A stretch of 64,000 nucleotides of DNA from an uncultured Gemmatimonadales bacterium (GCA_963850905.1 CAWKMU010000004.1:480001-544000); one strand, 5' to 3'; positions 1 through 9,904 are shown, numbered from the stretch's first letter. Numbers and translations are program-made. The notes: generated by a model not told the origin, from the sequence alone.

Positions 1-2
1 CG

Positions 3-554
3 ATGCAAGAGGGCGTGAAAGCCGCCAGAGAGCGCATCGACATCGCCAGGCAACAAATCGGTGCACGGGTCAACCAATGGGACATGATCCTCGCTCCCGT
101 CGGCACCTATGGAACGGACTACCTGCGGCGGGCCGCGATCGCCAAGTCCGGGCTCGGCGCCAACGTGCCCGACGATGCCATCTATCCAAGCGCATCTATC
201 GACGCGCAGGGGAAACCGCTCGACAGCGCGGCTCGCTACACCATCCACTTCGACAAGGGGAAGACACCGCCGGCGCGAGCGTTCTGGTCAATCACGATGT
301 ACGACCGCCGCCAGCTGTTTGCCGCAAACCCGATCAAGAGATACGCGATCGGTGACCGCTCCGACTTGCAGTACAACGCTGACGGGTCGCTCGATCTCTA
401 TCTTCAGCGCGAGTCGCCAGGGAAGGAGCATGAGCGCAACTGGCTCCCGACGCCCGCAGAGGGACCCTTTTCGCTCACGATGCGCATCTACTGGCCCAAG
501 CCCGAAGTCGCCGCCGGCCGCTGGGCCCCGCCGCCCGTCAAACGCGCCGCCTGA
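3..554 (+). CDS. DUF1254/DUF1214 family protein, C-terminal part (5' end lies outside the window)
   Basis: Motifs YGTDYLRRA, GLGAN..DAIYP, FWSITMY, NWLPTP, LTMRIYWP are typical of the DUF1214 C-terminal domain. Confidence 0.85.
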   Translation: MQEGVKAARERIDIARQQIGARVNQWDMILAPVGTYGTDYLRRAAIAKSGLGANVPDDAIYPSASIDAQGKPLDSAARYTIHFDKGKTPPARAFWSITMYDRRQLFAANPIKRYAIGDRSDLQYNADGSLDLYLQRESPGKEHERNWLPTPAEGPFSLTMRIYWPKPEVAAGRWAPPPVKRAA

Positions 555-572
555 CGGTCGGGGTGATGTGGT

Positions 573-2012
573 TCACGGCGCTACGTACGCCGTTTTGACG
601 ATCGTGTAGAACTCCTTTGCGTACGTGCCCTGCTCCCGCGGGCCGTAGCTCGACTTCTTTCGCCCGCCGAAGGGGACGTGATAGTCCAATCCGGCCGTCG
701 GAAGATTCACCATCACCAGTCCACTGGCTGCGTTGCGCTTGAAGTGGCTCGCGTGCTTCAGCGATGTGGTCACGATACCCGCCGACAACCCGAACGGCGT
801 GTCGTTCGCGACCGCCAGCGCCTCCTCGTACGATGTGACCCGGATCACTCCGGCGACCGGACCAAAGATCTCTTCGCTGTTAATGCGCATGCGCGGCGCC
901 GATTCGGTGAACAGCGCCGGCGCCATGTAGTACCCGTCGGTTGCACGACGCAGCCGCTCACCACCATAGGCCAGACGGGCGCCTTCCTGCTTGCCGATCT
1001 CCACGTACTCGAGATTCTTCTGCAGTTGACGCTCGTCGACCACGGGCCCGATCTCCGTACCAGGCTTCAGCGCATCGTCGATGACGAGCGTCTTCATTCG
1101 CTCGATCATTGCCGTCACGAACCGATCATGGATGCCCTCGGTCACGATGATGCGACTCGACGCCGTGCATCGCTGGCCCGCCTGGAAGAACGCTCCATTC
1201 ACCGCGACCGAGACCGCCGTCGGGAGATCGGCATCGTCGAGCACGATGAGCGGATTCTTGCCCCCCATCTCCAACTGGACGCGACTTCCCGCCGGGATCG
1301 CCGCGGCCACGACCGATGTGCCGACTTCCTGCGAGCCGGTGAAGCTCACGGCGTCCACATCGGGCGACGAGGCAAGCGCGGCGCCAAGTGTGGCACCTGG
1401 CCCCATCACCAAATTCAGCACGCCAGGCGGGAGTCCCGCCCGCTGCACGATGTCCACGATCGTCCACGGAGACGCCGGCACGAGCTCGGCGGGCTTGAAG
1501 ACGACGCAGTTCCCGAAGGCGAGCGCAGGCGCGATCTTCCACGCCGGTATCGCGAGCGGAAAATTCCATGGTGTGATCGCAGCGACCACACCGAGCGGCT
1601 CGCGCGTCACCTCGACCTCGATCCCCGGCCGCACCGAGTCCAGCTTTTCTCCCGTCAGTCGGACCGCTTCGCCGGCGAAGAATTTGAAGAGCGCACCCGC
1701 TCGCGCTGCTTCGCCGATCCCGTCCGCAAGCGGTTTCCCCTGTTCACGGGACAGCAGCCGGCCTAATTCCTCCTTCCGCGCGAGGATCTCACTCCCCGCC
1801 TTGTCCAGAATGTCGAACCGCTGCTGCGATGTCGTCCTCGACCACGTCCCAAATGCTTCACGCGCGGTCGCGATCGCAAGCTCGACGTCGGCGGGCGTGC
1901 CACGGGCGAACTCTCCGACCACGTCCGCGAGATTGGACGGATTGAGATCGGTCGATCGGTCCGCCGAGGCAATCGCTCGGCCGCCAATGACGTTGGGATA
2001 GGTCGTGACCAT
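573..2012 (-). CDS. NAD(P)-dependent aldehyde dehydrogenase (KGSADH/YcbD-like subfamily)
   Basis: ITPWNFP, FTGS, catalytic LEMGGKNP and GQRCTA, EEIFGPV, PFGGRKKSS. Confidence 0.95.
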   Translation of the reverse strand: MVTTYPNVIGGRAIASADRSTDLNPSNLADVVGEFARGTPADVELAIATAREAFGTWSRTTSQQRFDILDKAGSEILARKEELGRLLSREQGKPLADGIGEAARAGALFKFFAGEAVRLTGEKLDSVRPGIEVEVTREPLGVVAAITPWNFPLAIPAWKIAPALAFGNCVVFKPAELVPASPWTIVDIVQRAGLPPGVLNLVMGPGATLGAALASSPDVDAVSFTGSQEVGTSVVAAAIPAGSRVQLEMGGKNPLIVLDDADLPTAVSVAVNGAFFQAGQRCTASSRIIVTEGIHDRFVTAMIERMKTLVIDDALKPGTEIGPVVDERQLQKNLEYVEIGKQEGARLAYGGERLRRATDGYYMAPALFTESAPRMRINSEEIFGPVAGVIRVTSYEEALAVANDTPFGLSAGIVTTSLKHASHFKRNAASGLVMVNLPTAGLDYHVPFGGRKKSSYGPREQGTYAKEFYTIVKTAYVAP

Positions 2013-2021
2013 AGAGATGTC

Positions 2022-2931
2022 CTACGACGAAGTGCTGGTGAGACGTGGCTTGGCGATGTGAGCAATCTCGCACAGGACGTCGACCATCGAGGAGAAATCT
2101 TTCGCCCCGTGACCGGAGCTGCGGGCGACGCTGAAACTCTCACGCGCGGCAGCCGCCACAGGCATCGGGACCTTGACTGCGTTGCCGGCTTGCACGATCA
2201 GAGTGAGGTCCTTGTGAGCCAAGTCGATGGTAAAACCGGGCTCCGTGTCTCCCTTCAACACCTTCGCCGGCCACGCGATCGCGAGCTGTCCGTTCGTCGC
2301 GGTCGTGCCATGAATGACATTCGAGCGTTTTTCGCAGCGAGAGTCCGAACCGCTGCGAGAGGGCCAGGGCCTCGGCGTTGAGCTGGCAGGAGATGATCGC
2401 TAGATAGTTGTTGACCAGCTTCGTCCGCATGCCGGTGCCCACCGCACCGCAGTGATGGATCGTGGTCCCCATCGCCTCCAGGAGCGGCTTGACCTGGGCG
2501 AATGTCGCCTCGTCTGCGCCCACCATGAAAAGCGACTCGCCGCGCTCGGCGTGGCTCGCGAGCCGGCCAACCGGCGCGTCCACGAAGGCCATCCCCTTGC
2601 GCTTCGCCGCCGTCGCTAGCCGATCGGTCACCAGCGGATCGATCGTGCTCATATCCATGATCACCGACCCGGCGCGCGCATGCGCGAGCACCCCGTTGGC
2701 TCCAGTGATCACCTCCTCGACGACAGCCGAATCGGGGAGCATCGTGATGACCACGTCCGACGACTGCGCGACCTCGGGAACCCCTTTCGCGCCCCTGGCG
2801 CCAAGGCCAGCGACTGCGTCGACCGGCGGCGTGAGAACGTCGTACACCACGAGCGAGAATCCCTTGCGCACGAGGTTCGACGCCATCGGCCTGCCCATGT
2901 TGCCGAGCCCGATGAATCCGACCGTTGTCAT
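2022..2931 (-). CDS. beta-hydroxyacid dehydrogenase family oxidoreductase, YihU (sulfolactaldehyde reductase)-like; +1 frameshift near 2320
   Basis: GFIGLGNMG, DMSTIDP, DAPVGR, KLVNNY. Removing one base at 2320-2321 restores LDVIHGTTATNGQLAIAWPAKVLKGDTEPGFTIDLAHKDL and joins ORFs 2140..3168 and 2022..2261. Confidence 0.85.
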
Positions 2932-2972
2932 GGCGCTCCCGTGTAGGTGAGAGTCCGGAATGTACGCACGAA

Positions 2973-3180
2973 GACCGGCTGGGGCGACGCATTGCGTCGC
3001 CCACCATGGCCGTCCGCAGAATCTTCGCTCAGGACGGATAGGGGCGACGCATCGCGTCGCCTGGCATGGCCGTCCGCTGAATCTTGCTTTGGACCGGTAG
3101 GGGCGACGCATTGCGCCGCCCGCCATGAGCCGTCCGCAGAATCTCGCTCGACGGTCAGGGCAACCCATCCCGCCGGCCCA
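2973..3180 (+). repeat. Tandem array of about 59-60 bp units, each holding a GTAG-type REP palindrome (3 good copies plus 1 degenerate)
   Basis: GGGGCGACGCA-N-GCGYCGCC at 2981, 3041 and 3100, each followed by the linker CATGGCCGTCCGCAGAATCT or a near variant. Confidence 0.85.
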
Positions 3181-3183
3181 GCA

Positions 3184-4578
3184 TCACGGTCCGTTAGGCG
3201 GTGCCAGTTGGCCGTCGGAGCGCAGCATCTCGAGGCTCGCCTCGAGTGCGGCCGCCGTGGCGTCGATATCGGCGGCGGTGTGAGCGGCGGACGTGAAACC
3301 CGTCAATCGGCTGTTCAGGTCAACGCCGTTCGTCAACAGTGCGAGGCGCAGGAGCTGGGCCAGCGCCGGTGGGTTCGAGAGTAGCTCGCGATAGCTCAAC
3401 GCCATCGGATCGAACTGCAGCGGGTCGATGTCGCGGCGCTGTGGATTGAGGAAGAAGTGGAAACCGCTGAAGGTGCCGTAGACAGCCCATGGCACGCGAG
3501 CCGCCGCCAGCACATCGTTGAGCCGTGTCCGCAGGGCTTCGGCCGCAGCGGTCGCGCAGCGACACGCGTCGGTGGTGCCGACGAGCGTCAGCGTCGCGAT
3601 CCCGGCCGCCGCCGACAGCGGATTGGCATTGTACGTGCCTGGGTGCGTGATCTTCTCGCGGCCCTTGCGCTCCATCGCCTCGAAATCGATCCCGTCCAGG
3701 ATGTCGCGTCGGCCGCAAACGGCTCCGCCGGGCAACCCGCCCGCAAGGATCTTGGCCAAGGCGGTGATGTCGGGCATGATGCCGAATTCCGCTTGGGCGC
3801 CGCCCGGCGAAACGCGGAAGCCCGTGATGACCTCGTCGAACACGAGGAGGATGCCGCGCTTCTCGGTCTCCTCGCGAACGAGCGACACGAAGCCCGGCGA
3901 GATCGGCGCCGCGCCAAAGCTCGTGCCCGTCGGCTCGAGTATGACGCATGCGATGTCGTCGTGGCTCGCGAGAGCCTGTCGCAAGGCGGCGGGGTCGCCG
4001 GGTGGCAGCAGAATCACATTCTCGGCGACACCTGCGACCACTCCGAGGGTAGCCGAGCCATCGAAGTGATTGGTGTGTCCCGACGTCATGTGGTCGTGCC
4101 ACCCGTGGAACTGCGTGAGGAAACGCACGAGCTTTGGCTTCCCCGTTGCTGCTCGCGCCAGACGCACGGCCAGGAGGGTCGCTTCAGTGCCAGAGGAGGT
4201 GAAGCGTACGGACTCGGCCGACGGAATGAGCTGGTGCACCAGCTGCGCCCACCGAACCTCGCCCGCATGGTTGGCGCCGAAATGCGTGCCGTACTTCAGC
4301 GCCGCCTCGGTCGCTGCCACTACCCGTGGATGGTTGTGGCCGAGGAGCAGCGAGCCGTGGCCGCCGAAAAAGTCGATGTACTCGTTGCCATCGACATCCC
4401 ATTTACGCGATCCCGCGGCGCGCTCGACGTAGATGCCGTATGGCTTGGTGTACCGAGCGTCATGCGTGATACCGCTCGGCAACAGCTCGCGCGCCTCCGC
4501 GGCTATCCGCTCCGAGCCCTGGGTGCGGCTTCGATAGGCCGCCACGATCGTCGAATCAGTCAAGGTTGCGACAGACAT
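3184..4578 (-). CDS. Class III PLP aminotransferase (glutamate-1-semialdehyde aminomutase-like)
   Basis: WDVDGNEYIDF, LLLGH, FTSSGTEA, FHGWHD, FDEVITGFR, PLP lysine in ALAKILAGGLP, HPGTYNANP; start taken at MSVATL (4578). Confidence 0.9.
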   Translation of the reverse strand: MSVATLTDSTIVAAYRSRTQGSERIAAEARELLPSGITHDARYTKPYGIYVERAAGSRKWDVDGNEYIDFFGGHGSLLLGHNHPRVVAATEAALKYGTHFGANHAGEVRWAQLVHQLIPSAESVRFTSSGTEATLLAVRLARAATGKPKLVRFLTQFHGWHDHMTSGHTNHFDGSATLGVVAGVAENVILLPPGDPAALRQALASHDDIACVILEPTGTSFGAAPISPGFVSLVREETEKRGILLVFDEVITGFRVSPGGAQAEFGIMPDITALAKILAGGLPGGAVCGRRDILDGIDFEAMERKGREKITHPGTYNANPLSAAAGIATLTLVGTTDACRCATAAAEALRTRLNDVLAAARVPWAVYGTFSGFHFFLNPQRRDIDPLQFDPMALSYRELLSNPPALAQLLRLALLTNGVDLNSRLTGFTSAAHTAADIDATAAALEASLEMLRSDGQLAPPNGP

Positions 4579-4618
4579 TGTCGGATGGGTGACAAAAGGT
4601 ATCGAACGATTCACTAAT

Positions 4619-5371
4619 CTAGCGCATGGAGCAGTTGACGTAGACGAGGCCGCGGTGAGCGCTCGCGATCGCGCTCGTTCGCGGCAGCTCAGAGGCGTAG
4701 TCCCCGCGCTCGATCCGCCACAGATACGGAGGATGGGAGCCGGGATAGATGTCGACAACGCCGCCATCGAGCAGGTAGTAGGCATAGAGAAGGACGGGTG
4801 TTTCCTCGACCAGGAACATCGCCCACCGTTCGAGGCTCGCGGCGTCACGTGTCCCGTTGGCGCGGTCGCGTGCGTGCGCAACCACATCACTATAGAGGCA
4901 ACCGCGCGCCTCCCACGCCCCGTTGACTTCTCCGCTGAGCCAGGGCGGCGTCTCCGCTGCCAGGTCGCCCCACGAGATGAACGAGAGGCGTTGCGAGTCG
5001 TACCGACGCAGGATCCTGCGCACCTGCCGCACCCGGTCCTGGCTCAAGCGTCGCACACCATCGATCCCACGCTCGGCACTCTGTCCATTGGTTGCCGCCA
5101 CCGCATTACGCAGATACGGCCGGTCGACCACCGTGACGTAGCCGACCCGGAGGCACTCGCTGGCGAACCGGCAGTAGCCGTCGATGAGCGCCGTGGTGAA
5201 CAGGCGATTCTTGATGCTGACCATCAACATCCCGACGCGATCAACAAGGGACGTCGCGTCAGGTGGGGCCGTCCGGCAGCTCATCTCTCCCCCAAGCCGC
5301 TCGTGGCCGCGCCACGGAACCGAGAAGATGACGGGCGGATCGGCCGGTCGCGTCGTCGACCTGGCCGTCAT
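4619..5371 (-). CDS. Putative tRNA-dependent cyclodipeptide synthase (CDPS)-like protein, XYP-type
   Basis: Motifs in CDPS order and spacing: MLMVSIKNRLF (S-x-x-N-x-x-F), YVTVVD, FISWGDL, FLVEETP (Y/F-x-x-x-E-x-P), DIYPG, GLVYV; 250 aa; ATG overlaps the upstream stop (ATGA 5368-5371). Confidence 0.7.
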   Translation of the reverse strand: MTARSTTRPADPPVIFSVPWRGHERLGGEMSCRTAPPDATSLVDRVGMLMVSIKNRLFTTALIDGYCRFASECLRVGYVTVVDRPYLRNAVAATNGQSAERGIDGVRRLSQDRVRQVRRILRRYDSQRLSFISWGDLAAETPPWLSGEVNGAWEARGCLYSDVVAHARDRANGTRDAASLERWAMFLVEETPVLLYAYYLLDGGVVDIYPGSHPPYLWRIERGDYASELPRTSAIASAHRGLVYVNCSMR

Positions 5372-6237
5372 GTGGCGCGCGAACTGACGAAGTCCCGCAG
5401 TCGCCGCGCCGCCAGCTCGAGGTGGCGGCCGACCGGAGGAAAACGTTTCACCCACGACGGGGTAATCCCGACCGTCTTGTTCGCGTCAATCACGGTCGCA
5501 ACATCATCCACCATGAAGTAGTCGATGGCGCCGAAGTCGAAATGCAGTGCGCGCCGCACAGCGATCACCGCATCAGGTACGTCCGAAAAGCACTCGACAC
5601 CCACGACATTTTCGGGGTCGCAGAGCAACCCTTGATGGGTAGACCGGATATTGAGCTCCACGTCGAAGAAGAAATCGTATCGGTATTTCTCTATGGGTGG
5701 CTCGAGACGTCCGGGCAGAAACCGCTCGACCATCAGCCGGCGATCGTCCCACACTGCGCCCGGCACGGCGGCCATCAATGGATACACGGAGTACTCCGGA
5801 CAGGCGCGGGCCACGAAGCGCGTGTCAATCCGGGTTCGGAGGTTGTGCCAGGCGCGCCGCGATAGCGTCCGCCGGCTCTCGAACCGGACCTCGGGCCACC
5901 CGTGGTGGTTGAGCACCGTCTTCACGATCACGGGCCCATCGTAGGCGTCGCCGCGAACGACACGGACCGTCGAGTACAGCAGGCGAGAGATGTTTGTGGC
6001 GCGCCCATTGACGCATGCCGCGTAGCCCTCTTCTATCCCACGAAAGGTGTCTGGCACCACCGTGAGGTCTACGTGGAGAAACGCGTGGCTCCCACAGTCC
6101 TGCGGACGGAAACGGTCCAGGATTCGATACGCCAGGCGATCTCCTCCAGCGGCGCGGAGCATGTGCTGCAGCTTGTAATCCTCGCTTTGCAGAAATGCAC
6201 GCGCGTTCTCGACATAGATGTCGAGCTGGGCTGACAT
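5368..6237 (-). CDS. Atypical ATP-grasp-fold protein of unknown function
   Basis: GPVIVKT..N..G.PE, LMVERFLP and FDFGAIDY...VIDANKT match the ATP-grasp nucleotide/metal-binding pattern. Confidence 0.7.
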   Translation of the reverse strand: MSAQLDIYVENARAFLQSEDYKLQHMLRAAGGDRLAYRILDRFRPQDCGSHAFLHVDLTVVPDTFRGIEEGYAACVNGRATNISRLLYSTVRVVRGDAYDGPVIVKTVLNHHGWPEVRFESRRTLSRRAWHNLRTRIDTRFVARACPEYSVYPLMAAVPGAVWDDRRLMVERFLPGRLEPPIEKYRYDFFFDVELNIRSTHQGLLCDPENVVGVECFSDVPDAVIAVRRALHFDFGAIDYFMVDDVATVIDANKTVGITPSWVKRFPPVGRHLELAARRLRDFVSSRAT

Positions 6238-6309
6238 GTCGGTCCCAATATGCCCGGGATCAGCCCCGGCACCCCGCGCCGTGTGTGGCCAGCGGGCTGC
6301 ACGTGGCGG

Positions 6310-8271
6310 TCACTGCTGGACCGTCAGCGCGAAGACAGAGATGGATGACGCCTGACCCGGCGCCCGATACACTCGTTCGGTCGCCGGCTGGAAATCGGAG
6401 TCATCAGCGCGATAAATGTCCTCGAATCGCTGCGGGTTCCGGTCCACGAGCGGGAACCAGCTGCTCTGAACCTGCACCATGATCCGGTGGCCGCGCTTGA
6501 ACGTGTGGAAGACATCATCCATGTCGAACTTGACGTGGGTCACAGCACCGGGTGTGAAGGGCTCCGGGTGCTCGAAGCTGTCGCGGAACTTGCCGCGGAT
6601 CACGTCCCCACGCACGAGCTCCTCGAAACCGCGGAGCGGGTGGTCCTGTTCGGCATAATAGAGAGCGCGCACCCGCTTCGCGTCGAGCGGCGTTGCCGCC
6701 GGGGGGCTAGCCCAATTGACGCCCGGTGGGTCCTCCGGGTGCACATCGATCACCTTCACCACCCAGTCGCCGTCGGTGCCCGTCGTCGATACGAAGAGAT
6801 CCGGTGCGATCGGTCCGGCAATCGTCACGTCGGCATCGAGCGGTGCGCTCTCGTACACGACCACATCAGGACGCCGCGTCGCGAAGCGCTGATCCTGCGA
6901 CATGTAGTCTGGATCCATATCTGTGCTGAGCGACGGTACGTACGGGACGGGGTGCCGTGGATCACTGACGTATTCGTCGAATGGCTTGCTGCCGGAATCG
7001 GCCGGCGGATCGAACGACAACAGCCCGTTCGCGTGGAAGTAGAGCGACTTCGGCCTCGCGCCCGGCGGCGGCCAGGACGCGAACTGACGCCACGTGTTTG
7101 CCCCCGTCTCGAACACGTAAGCGCGCGGCAGATCGGTCGGAGTGTCCGGCCGCAAATAGTGCTCGAAGAATGGGAAGATGATCGACGTTCGGTAGAACGC
7201 CGACGTGTTCGATCCGAAATGCAACGAGTTGATCGAATCGCCCGCGACAGTCCACTGGCCATGGTACCATGGACCGATCACGAGCCGCGCATCGGTCGAT
7301 GGGCTTTGCCGGACAATGCTCTGATACACTTGGAGCGCGCCGAACAGGTTGTTCGCGTCGTACCAGCCACCCACACTCATGATCGCCGGGCGGACGTTGC
7401 GAAGGTGCGGTCGCAGGTTCCGCGCTTGCCAGAGCGAATCGAACGTGCCGTGCTCCATGAGCTCCGTCCAGCCGGGGATTTGCCCATGGAAGTAGCGCGC
7501 ATCTGCGTTCTTGAGCGAGCCCAGGCCGAGGTAGAAGCTGAAGCCATCGGGCGTACCGAAGTCGAATGGCACGCCACACGACATCGATTGCCCTGCGCCG
7601 CTCCGCCCGCACATCGCCATCCAATTGAAAGCTGAGGTCAGGAAAAACGCGCCATTGTGGTGGACATCGTCGCCCATGAACCAGTCGGCTTGCGGCGCCT
7701 GCGGGGAGACCGCTTTGAGCGCGGGATGCGCATCGATCGCACCGGCCGCCGCGAAGAATCCACTATATGAGATGCCCCACAGCCCGACACGCCCGTTGTT
7801 GTGCTTGATGTTGTGGATCAGCCAGTCGATCGTGTCGTAGGTGTCCGTGCTCTCGTCGATGTCGTGCGGTCCGTGCTTGACGTCGAGGTGTGGCGTCATC
7901 TGCACGAACGTGCCACCGGACTTGAAGCGGCCGCGGACGTCCTGCCGTACGAAGATGTACCCGGCACGCAGAAAGTCGTCGCTCGGCGCGAGCGTATGGG
8001 GATAAGCATTCTCCCCGTACGGCCCGACCCCATACGGCGTGCGAACCATGAGAATGGGATATGCGCGAGCCGTGTCGCGTGGAACGAAAACCGCTGTGAA
8101 GAGCTTGACGCCGTCGCGCGCTGGAATCTCGTACTCGTACTTCTTGTAATGCGCCGGGACGTCGTACGGCGCGGCCCCGTTAGAAACACCCTGCGCACGA
8201 GCACTGACCGGCCCGGTCGAGGCCAGTCCAGTGAGCACAACGAGAAAGCGGAAGAGGCGACAGTGCAGCAT
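6310..8271 (-). CDS. Secreted CocE/NonD family hydrolase (alpha-amino acid ester hydrolase / glutaryl-7-ACA acylase-like)
   Basis: Signal peptide, RDGVKL, RTPY, QDVRGRFKSGG, nucleophile GISYSG, GGWYD, IGPWYHG, SSWFPLVDRNP. Confidence 0.93.
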   Translation of the reverse strand: MLHCRLFRFLVVLTGLASTGPVSARAQGVSNGAAPYDVPAHYKKYEYEIPARDGVKLFTAVFVPRDTARAYPILMVRTPYGVGPYGENAYPHTLAPSDDFLRAGYIFVRQDVRGRFKSGGTFVQMTPHLDVKHGPHDIDESTDTYDTIDWLIHNIKHNNGRVGLWGISYSGFFAAAGAIDAHPALKAVSPQAPQADWFMGDDVHHNGAFFLTSAFNWMAMCGRSGAGQSMSCGVPFDFGTPDGFSFYLGLGSLKNADARYFHGQIPGWTELMEHGTFDSLWQARNLRPHLRNVRPAIMSVGGWYDANNLFGALQVYQSIVRQSPSTDARLVIGPWYHGQWTVAGDSINSLHFGSNTSAFYRTSIIFPFFEHYLRPDTPTDLPRAYVFETGANTWRQFASWPPPGARPKSLYFHANGLLSFDPPADSGSKPFDEYVSDPRHPVPYVPSLSTDMDPDYMSQDQRFATRRPDVVVYESAPLDADVTIAGPIAPDLFVSTTGTDGDWVVKVIDVHPEDPPGVNWASPPAATPLDAKRVRALYYAEQDHPLRGFEELVRGDVIRGKFRDSFEHPEPFTPGAVTHVKFDMDDVFHTFKRGHRIMVQVQSSWFPLVDRNPQRFEDIYRADDSDFQPATERVYRAPGQASSISVFALTVQQ

Positions 8272-8315
8272 GGGAAGATGAAGGTGGCGGGTGCTGGCCC
8301 CGAAGGTCAGGTCTC

Positions 8316-8392
8316 CAACGTCCAGCGTCTAGCGTCCAGCGTGCAGCGTCTAGCGTCTAGCGTCTAGCGTCTAACGTCCAGCGTCTAGCCTC
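8316..8392 (+). repeat. Heptamer tandem repeat (YARCGTC) x11
   Basis: caacgtc cagcgtc tagcgtc ... tagcctc read directly in the intergenic space. Confidence 0.95.
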
Positions 8393-8394
8393 TC

Positions 8395-9904
8395 CTATGG
8401 CGCCGCTGCCGGCTTGCCACTCGGCGCAGCGTGCGTGCCGTCAGGCCCGTGATCGTAATCCTGGACACTCGAGATATTGGGCATGCCCCAGTCGTGCCCA
8501 TTCCATCCATCGAAGCCGTCCATCCGGAAGAACCACACACCGGCGTCCTCGTCGCTGATCATGATCAGGCCGTCGCGATTCCGCACATCAATCCCAAAGG
8601 CCCCTTGATCGACGGACTGCGTGTTCATGAACGCGCGGGCCATTGATCCGATTCTGGTGGCTGCAGGGACAGGTGTAGTACCAGCCGACCTCGGTCGGGT
8701 GCGCTGGATCGTACATGCTGAAAATCTGCAGCCCGTCCTCATAGCCCGACACGAACACGAATGGCCAGCGTACCTCATGGTTGTGTGCGAGGTCCCGCCA
8801 GTCGGCCTGCCACGCACCGATCGGGTGGTTGATAGTCTGCACCTTCCCGTCGAGGCCCGGCTGCAGATCATACACGCGAAGCGGAGCGTATTGGTACTCG
8901 GTCTCCGTGATCGCGAATCGGCCGTCGGGACTCGGGGTGAACGTATGCCCCCAGTCGACGCCTGAAGAGCCGGTCACCGACGTCAGGAGCTTGGGCTGGG
9001 CGACGTCCGTGATGTCGTAGACATAGTATCCGCCCCGGCCGGCGCCATAGAACTTGTCCTGATGCGTCGCCGGGTCGTACGCGACATAGAAGTCGTGATA
9101 ACCCATGCGACCCAGCATGGTCGTCTCACGGGTGTCGGGCACAGGGACCTCGCCAATCTTCCACGCCGCTGGGTCGCCCCCTGAGACGACCTTGGCGAGG
9201 TCGTAGACGTTGGCACGTGGTGCCGCAACGGTCGCGAAGAGCAGCACACGGCCGTCCGAATGCTTGTACACGAAGGTATTGTGAAAGCCGCTCGGCGTCT
9301 CAGGCGCTCGAATGCGCGCGATGATCTTGATCTTGCTGGTGTCGGGAAGATCGGTGACGTCCGCAATCACCGCCCCAAGGTCTGCGTCGGGGGTGCCTTG
9401 GGCAAAGCCAAACGACTGCAGGTAATAGTATCGGCCGTTCAGCTTGAAGTACTTGCCATCCATTCCTCCAAGCATTCCCCGGTGAAGCGCAACGTTCTCC
9501 ACGGTCCATCGATAGAGCAAGCGAACGTTACTGAGGTCGTGGAGGTCGATGATCGCGAAGCCAGAGCGGTCCTGCGCCATCGAGACGTAGGCATATGGGC
9601 GGTTGGGATCCTGCTCGATCTCGTCATCCATGACGCGAACCGATCCGCCGAGCGGGATGTGCGCGATCGGATGGATGTTCGCGCTCCCACCGACCTTGAC
9701 CCCGGGGAGAATGCCGGGAGGGGCGGTCCCGGGAGCCTGCGCGACTACTGCCGCTGCGCTCGCAACCAGCGCGATGCCGACACCGGCGGCCTGCCACCGG
9801 CGCAATCGGTCGCCGCGCCGCGCCGTCCCCTGGCGCCGGGTGGGCGTACGTAGCTCGCGATGACGGCAGCGATCGTCACTTGCGGGAATTGGCATTGGTG
9901 GCAC
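8395..9904 (-). CDS. Secreted LVIVD-like beta-propeller protein; +1 frameshift near 8652; paralog of 22827..24272
   Basis: Colinear with the intact paralog. Removing one base at 8652-8653 restores CSHQIG...VDQGAFGIDVRNRDG. Start is uncertain. Confidence 0.75.

Noticed and set aside
2300..2340. Programmed ribosomal frameshifting at the split genes
   Set aside because: There is no shared slippery motif or stimulatory structure, and the gene families are unrelated. Sequencing error is simpler.
2973..3180. CRISPR array
   Set aside because: The intervening sequences are near-identical linkers, not unique spacers. The palindrome is a dispersed REP, and no cas genes are in the window.
4589..5521. 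310-aa plus-strand ORF over the CDPS-like gene
   Set aside because: It has no motifs and is antisense to a motif-bearing ORF that is translationally coupled to its neighbour.
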